A stretch of DNA of 64,000 nt. Origin: Dehalococcoidia bacterium. Its GTDB lineage: Bacteria > Chloroflexota > Dehalococcoidia > Plut-88900. Each line of letters begins with the position of its first letter. The stretch's first letter is position 1. The stretch covers positions 32,001-96,000 of the forward strand of contig CBDBLV010000003.1 of assembly GCA_965207225.1 (NCBI GenBank), in the 5' to 3' direction. The notes under the pieces were generated by a model that searched no databases, was not told the DNA's origin, and worked only from the letters and a program-made list of their open reading frames with translations. Below, piece by piece: positions 61,486 to 64,000 of this stretch. Position numbers and translations under genes: made by a program.

Positions 61486-63233
61486 GGGTCACAGTCGCAG
61501 CGGCGGTTCGTCGGGCCGCTGGCCTCTCGTCTACAGGTGTCCTGGGTGGCCGCCGGGCACAGACGGACCGGCTGGTGGGCTACCGCCCGGTCTTTACGTC
61601 AGTGTGGGCGACCGGAATGGCGAGCGTTATCCCCTGGAAGGGACTACATCGGTGTAGTGGCTTCCAGGGGACAACACGGATGTATCCAGTGACGGTGAGT
61701 CGCAATGGGCCGAGCTCCCCTCCGGGCTGAGGCCGGGGAGGCCGAGGCGTCACAGGGGTTGTCGGTCTCCCTGTCCAACTCAGCGCCAAGATGTTCACCT
61801 CCTGCGGTTTGCTGTGGTTCACCGGACCGCCGGCATCTCAAGAGAGTGTGAACGACCGGGACGCCGAAAAAGACCTCACGCATGGTGGCGCCACGGAAGG
61901 TCTCCAATCAGGGAGCCGTTTCTTGCAGTGGCAGGGGTGTACAGGAAATGGAGTTTGGTGACGAAGTGACCTGAGTCGTGATTTCGTAGCTGAATCAGGG
62001 GTAAATCGGCCCCTATGGGACGTAACCGGCGAGCAATCTGTTGAAAGGCCCCAGTTCGGTCTCTAATGACAAAAGAGGGCTTGAGGCGGGGGTGTCTGCA
62101 CCGGAGAAAATCGACGGTCCGATCACAACAGCCGCCAAAAATCCCGCTTGAGGCGGGGGTGCGTGACGTCGGGACAGCGCCGGACGGGACCGGGTGCGGT
62201 TCCCGGCGGGATGAGCCGCCCAGGTGCCTGGAGCTTCGGTGTCAGCGCCAACTCGTTTACCTCCCTGCGGACTGCTGCTGACCGTTGGACCGCAGCGCCT
62301 GCAAAAGAGTGTGAACAACGGACGGGCGATCCGGAACCTCCCACGGGGCGGTGCGGAAATGCACCTGCCCGTATGCGGGTGCGAACATGCACCGCCTCCC
62401 GAGGGCTTGCGAAGCCCGCGACACCTCCCGCCACAGGAAGGGCGAATGGACATGCGGGTCAGGATGCGCAGCGTCTCTCGCCGCTTGACGGTGTGGGCCG
62501 CCGTCGCTCCATTCGAGGGCGTGGCAACCCACTTTGATGGCTTCCTTCTATCGACCCCTTTCATCCCGCTCCTCTTGGCAGGTATTGGCGGGATTGCAGA
62601 CTGGCCTTTCCGCCCTTGACGCCGGTTCTGTGGCGTCCTTAGGCGAGTTTGCGGATATGGGAGAACGAGCGGTATCCCTCGGAGGGGACTACGTCAATGC
62701 AAATGGGTTGCTGGCCCCCTGATGCGTCAGCTTCCTATCGGTGACGACACTGCGAGGGGCTTCCTTGAAGTCAGGGGGGCAGTACGCAGAAACAGACTCG
62801 CTGCAAGTTGCAGATTCGCGCTGTTTCAAAGCTGAGATGGAGAGGCACGTCTCCCTACCGGGCCAAATCACAGAACACTTTGTGTCAGGGGCCGGTTGCA
62901 GGAAATAGCAACTTGCATGAGGGTGCGGAATGGACGGAATTGAGCGAGGGATCGTGGCCGCTATCGGCCCGCCAACGGTTTCAGGCTGGCCGAGTGCCGA
63001 TGGGCTGACCTGTCAGACTACAATCGCTCAGAGGCGGCTATCGCAGTGCGAGGGCTGTAAGGAGATTAGGAGCACATTGTAGAATACAATCTCGGTGATA
63101 TTCGTAGCTGTTTGAAGGGGAATACGGGATGCCTGAAGGCAATCCGGCGAGCAGTTTTACTGCGGGTCAGTGCTAAGTCTGTTGTACTGATTGTATTGTA
63201 GTCTGTTGTAGTTTCTGAGGTAAGGAGGAGCCA

Positions 63234-64000
63234 ATGGTTGGCCATGAAGAACCCAGCGGAGCCGGGTCGAAGGGTGCCAGCGACGGCAAGAGCATCCCTC
63301 TATCGGATGCCCCCCTAACGGACGATCCCCTACTGGACCTGCTGGACGCTATGATGAATGACCGGGGCAAGGTGGCTGCTGCGGAGGCCCTGGGGGTGAA
63401 CTACCGCACTATGGTGACCTGCCACGAGTCTCGTCACGTATCGCGGCGGATGCGGAAGGCGTTGGCGGAGTTCAGGGACAAGCACGGTGACGGCGGGGAT
63501 GAGCAGGACGATGACGCCGGTGACATTGCGGAGAGCATAGCTGCGCTGGAAGAACGGCTGGCGGCGTTGGAGGAAGCGCACGGCGACCTGGTGGAGACCG
63601 TCGAAGCCCAGGCGAGACAACTGACGGACTTGGAGCGCAATGCTGGAGGGTCGCAGGACGGGGCGGTGGAAGAGAAACGGGAGCGGAGCAAGCCTGGTCC
63701 GGTCGGTGATGGCGATGGTCAGCGCAGGGAGTGGCGGCCTCCACGACGGGAGCACGGCCTTCCCGACGCCGGAGTGGTCACGTTGGAGGAACAGCCGGAC
63801 GAAGGGCACGCCTTCGGGCCGGCTGCCCCGTTGGTGGCGGAATGGCGAGGGCTGAGGAGTGTCGGTGAGGCGTCGGGCGGTCGGGTTGAACGGGCGAAGG
63901 CTGCGGTGCGACGGTGGGAGCTGGAGATAGCCATGCTCAGCGACTACGGCCTGACGCTGCCGCCGGAGACCGAACCCCTGGACGCTTCGCGCAGGGAGGA
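63234..64000 (+). CDS. HTH/coiled-coil element protein (partial)
   Basis: AAGGAGG RBS; GKVAAAEALGVNYRT; stays in frame into the segment matching 1..200. Confidence 0.75.
   Translation, partial: MVGHEEPSGAGSKGASDGKSIPLSDAPLTDDPLLDLLDAMMNDRGKVAAAEALGVNYRTMVTCHESRHVSRRMRKALAEFRDKHGDGGDEQDDDAGDIAESIAALEERLAALEEAHGDLVETVEAQARQLTDLERNAGGSQDGAVEEKRERSKPGPVGDGDGQRREWRPPRREHGLPDAGVVTLEEQPDEGHAFGPAAPLVAEWRGLRSVGEASGGRVERAKAAVRRWELEIAMLSDYGLTLPPETEPLDASRRE

Larger units (their letters stand above)
54851..64000 (-). mobile_element. Integrative element D (type-B recombinase, variant backbone), extends past the window
   Basis: att at 54825-54876; recombinase; RHH; divergent relaxase-like gene; HTH gene. 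Confidence 0.65.

Overview
High-GC accessory region. The gene content suggests a Chloroflexota (Dehalococcoidia/SAR202-like) host-associated bacterium, but that is inference. The window reads as an array of integrative elements in alternating orientation: A (+, ~9973-26975), B (-, ~26976-35933), C (+, ~35934-54850), D (-, 54851 to beyond the window end), plus the end of a D-like element at the window start. Each element ends in a large serine recombinase of one of two subtypes, with a 52-bp palindromic att site (core xxGCCCACCA) inside the 3' end of its gene. Junctions alternate between head-to-head (two overlapping convergent recombinase genes) and tail-to-tail (two orphan in-frame recombinase 3' ends), so each subtype's att site appears to be the other's target. 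Four more orphan recombinase tails separate the cargo blocks at 10-16 kb like cassettes. The shared backbone is a replication-relaxation-like protein, a conserved GACCGGTC-rich spacer, two HTH proteins and an RHH or antitoxin regulator. Cargo includes three RM-type systems, TA genes, a helicase, surface proteins and lipoproteins, a hybrid kinase, an IS5 element and several pseudogenes.
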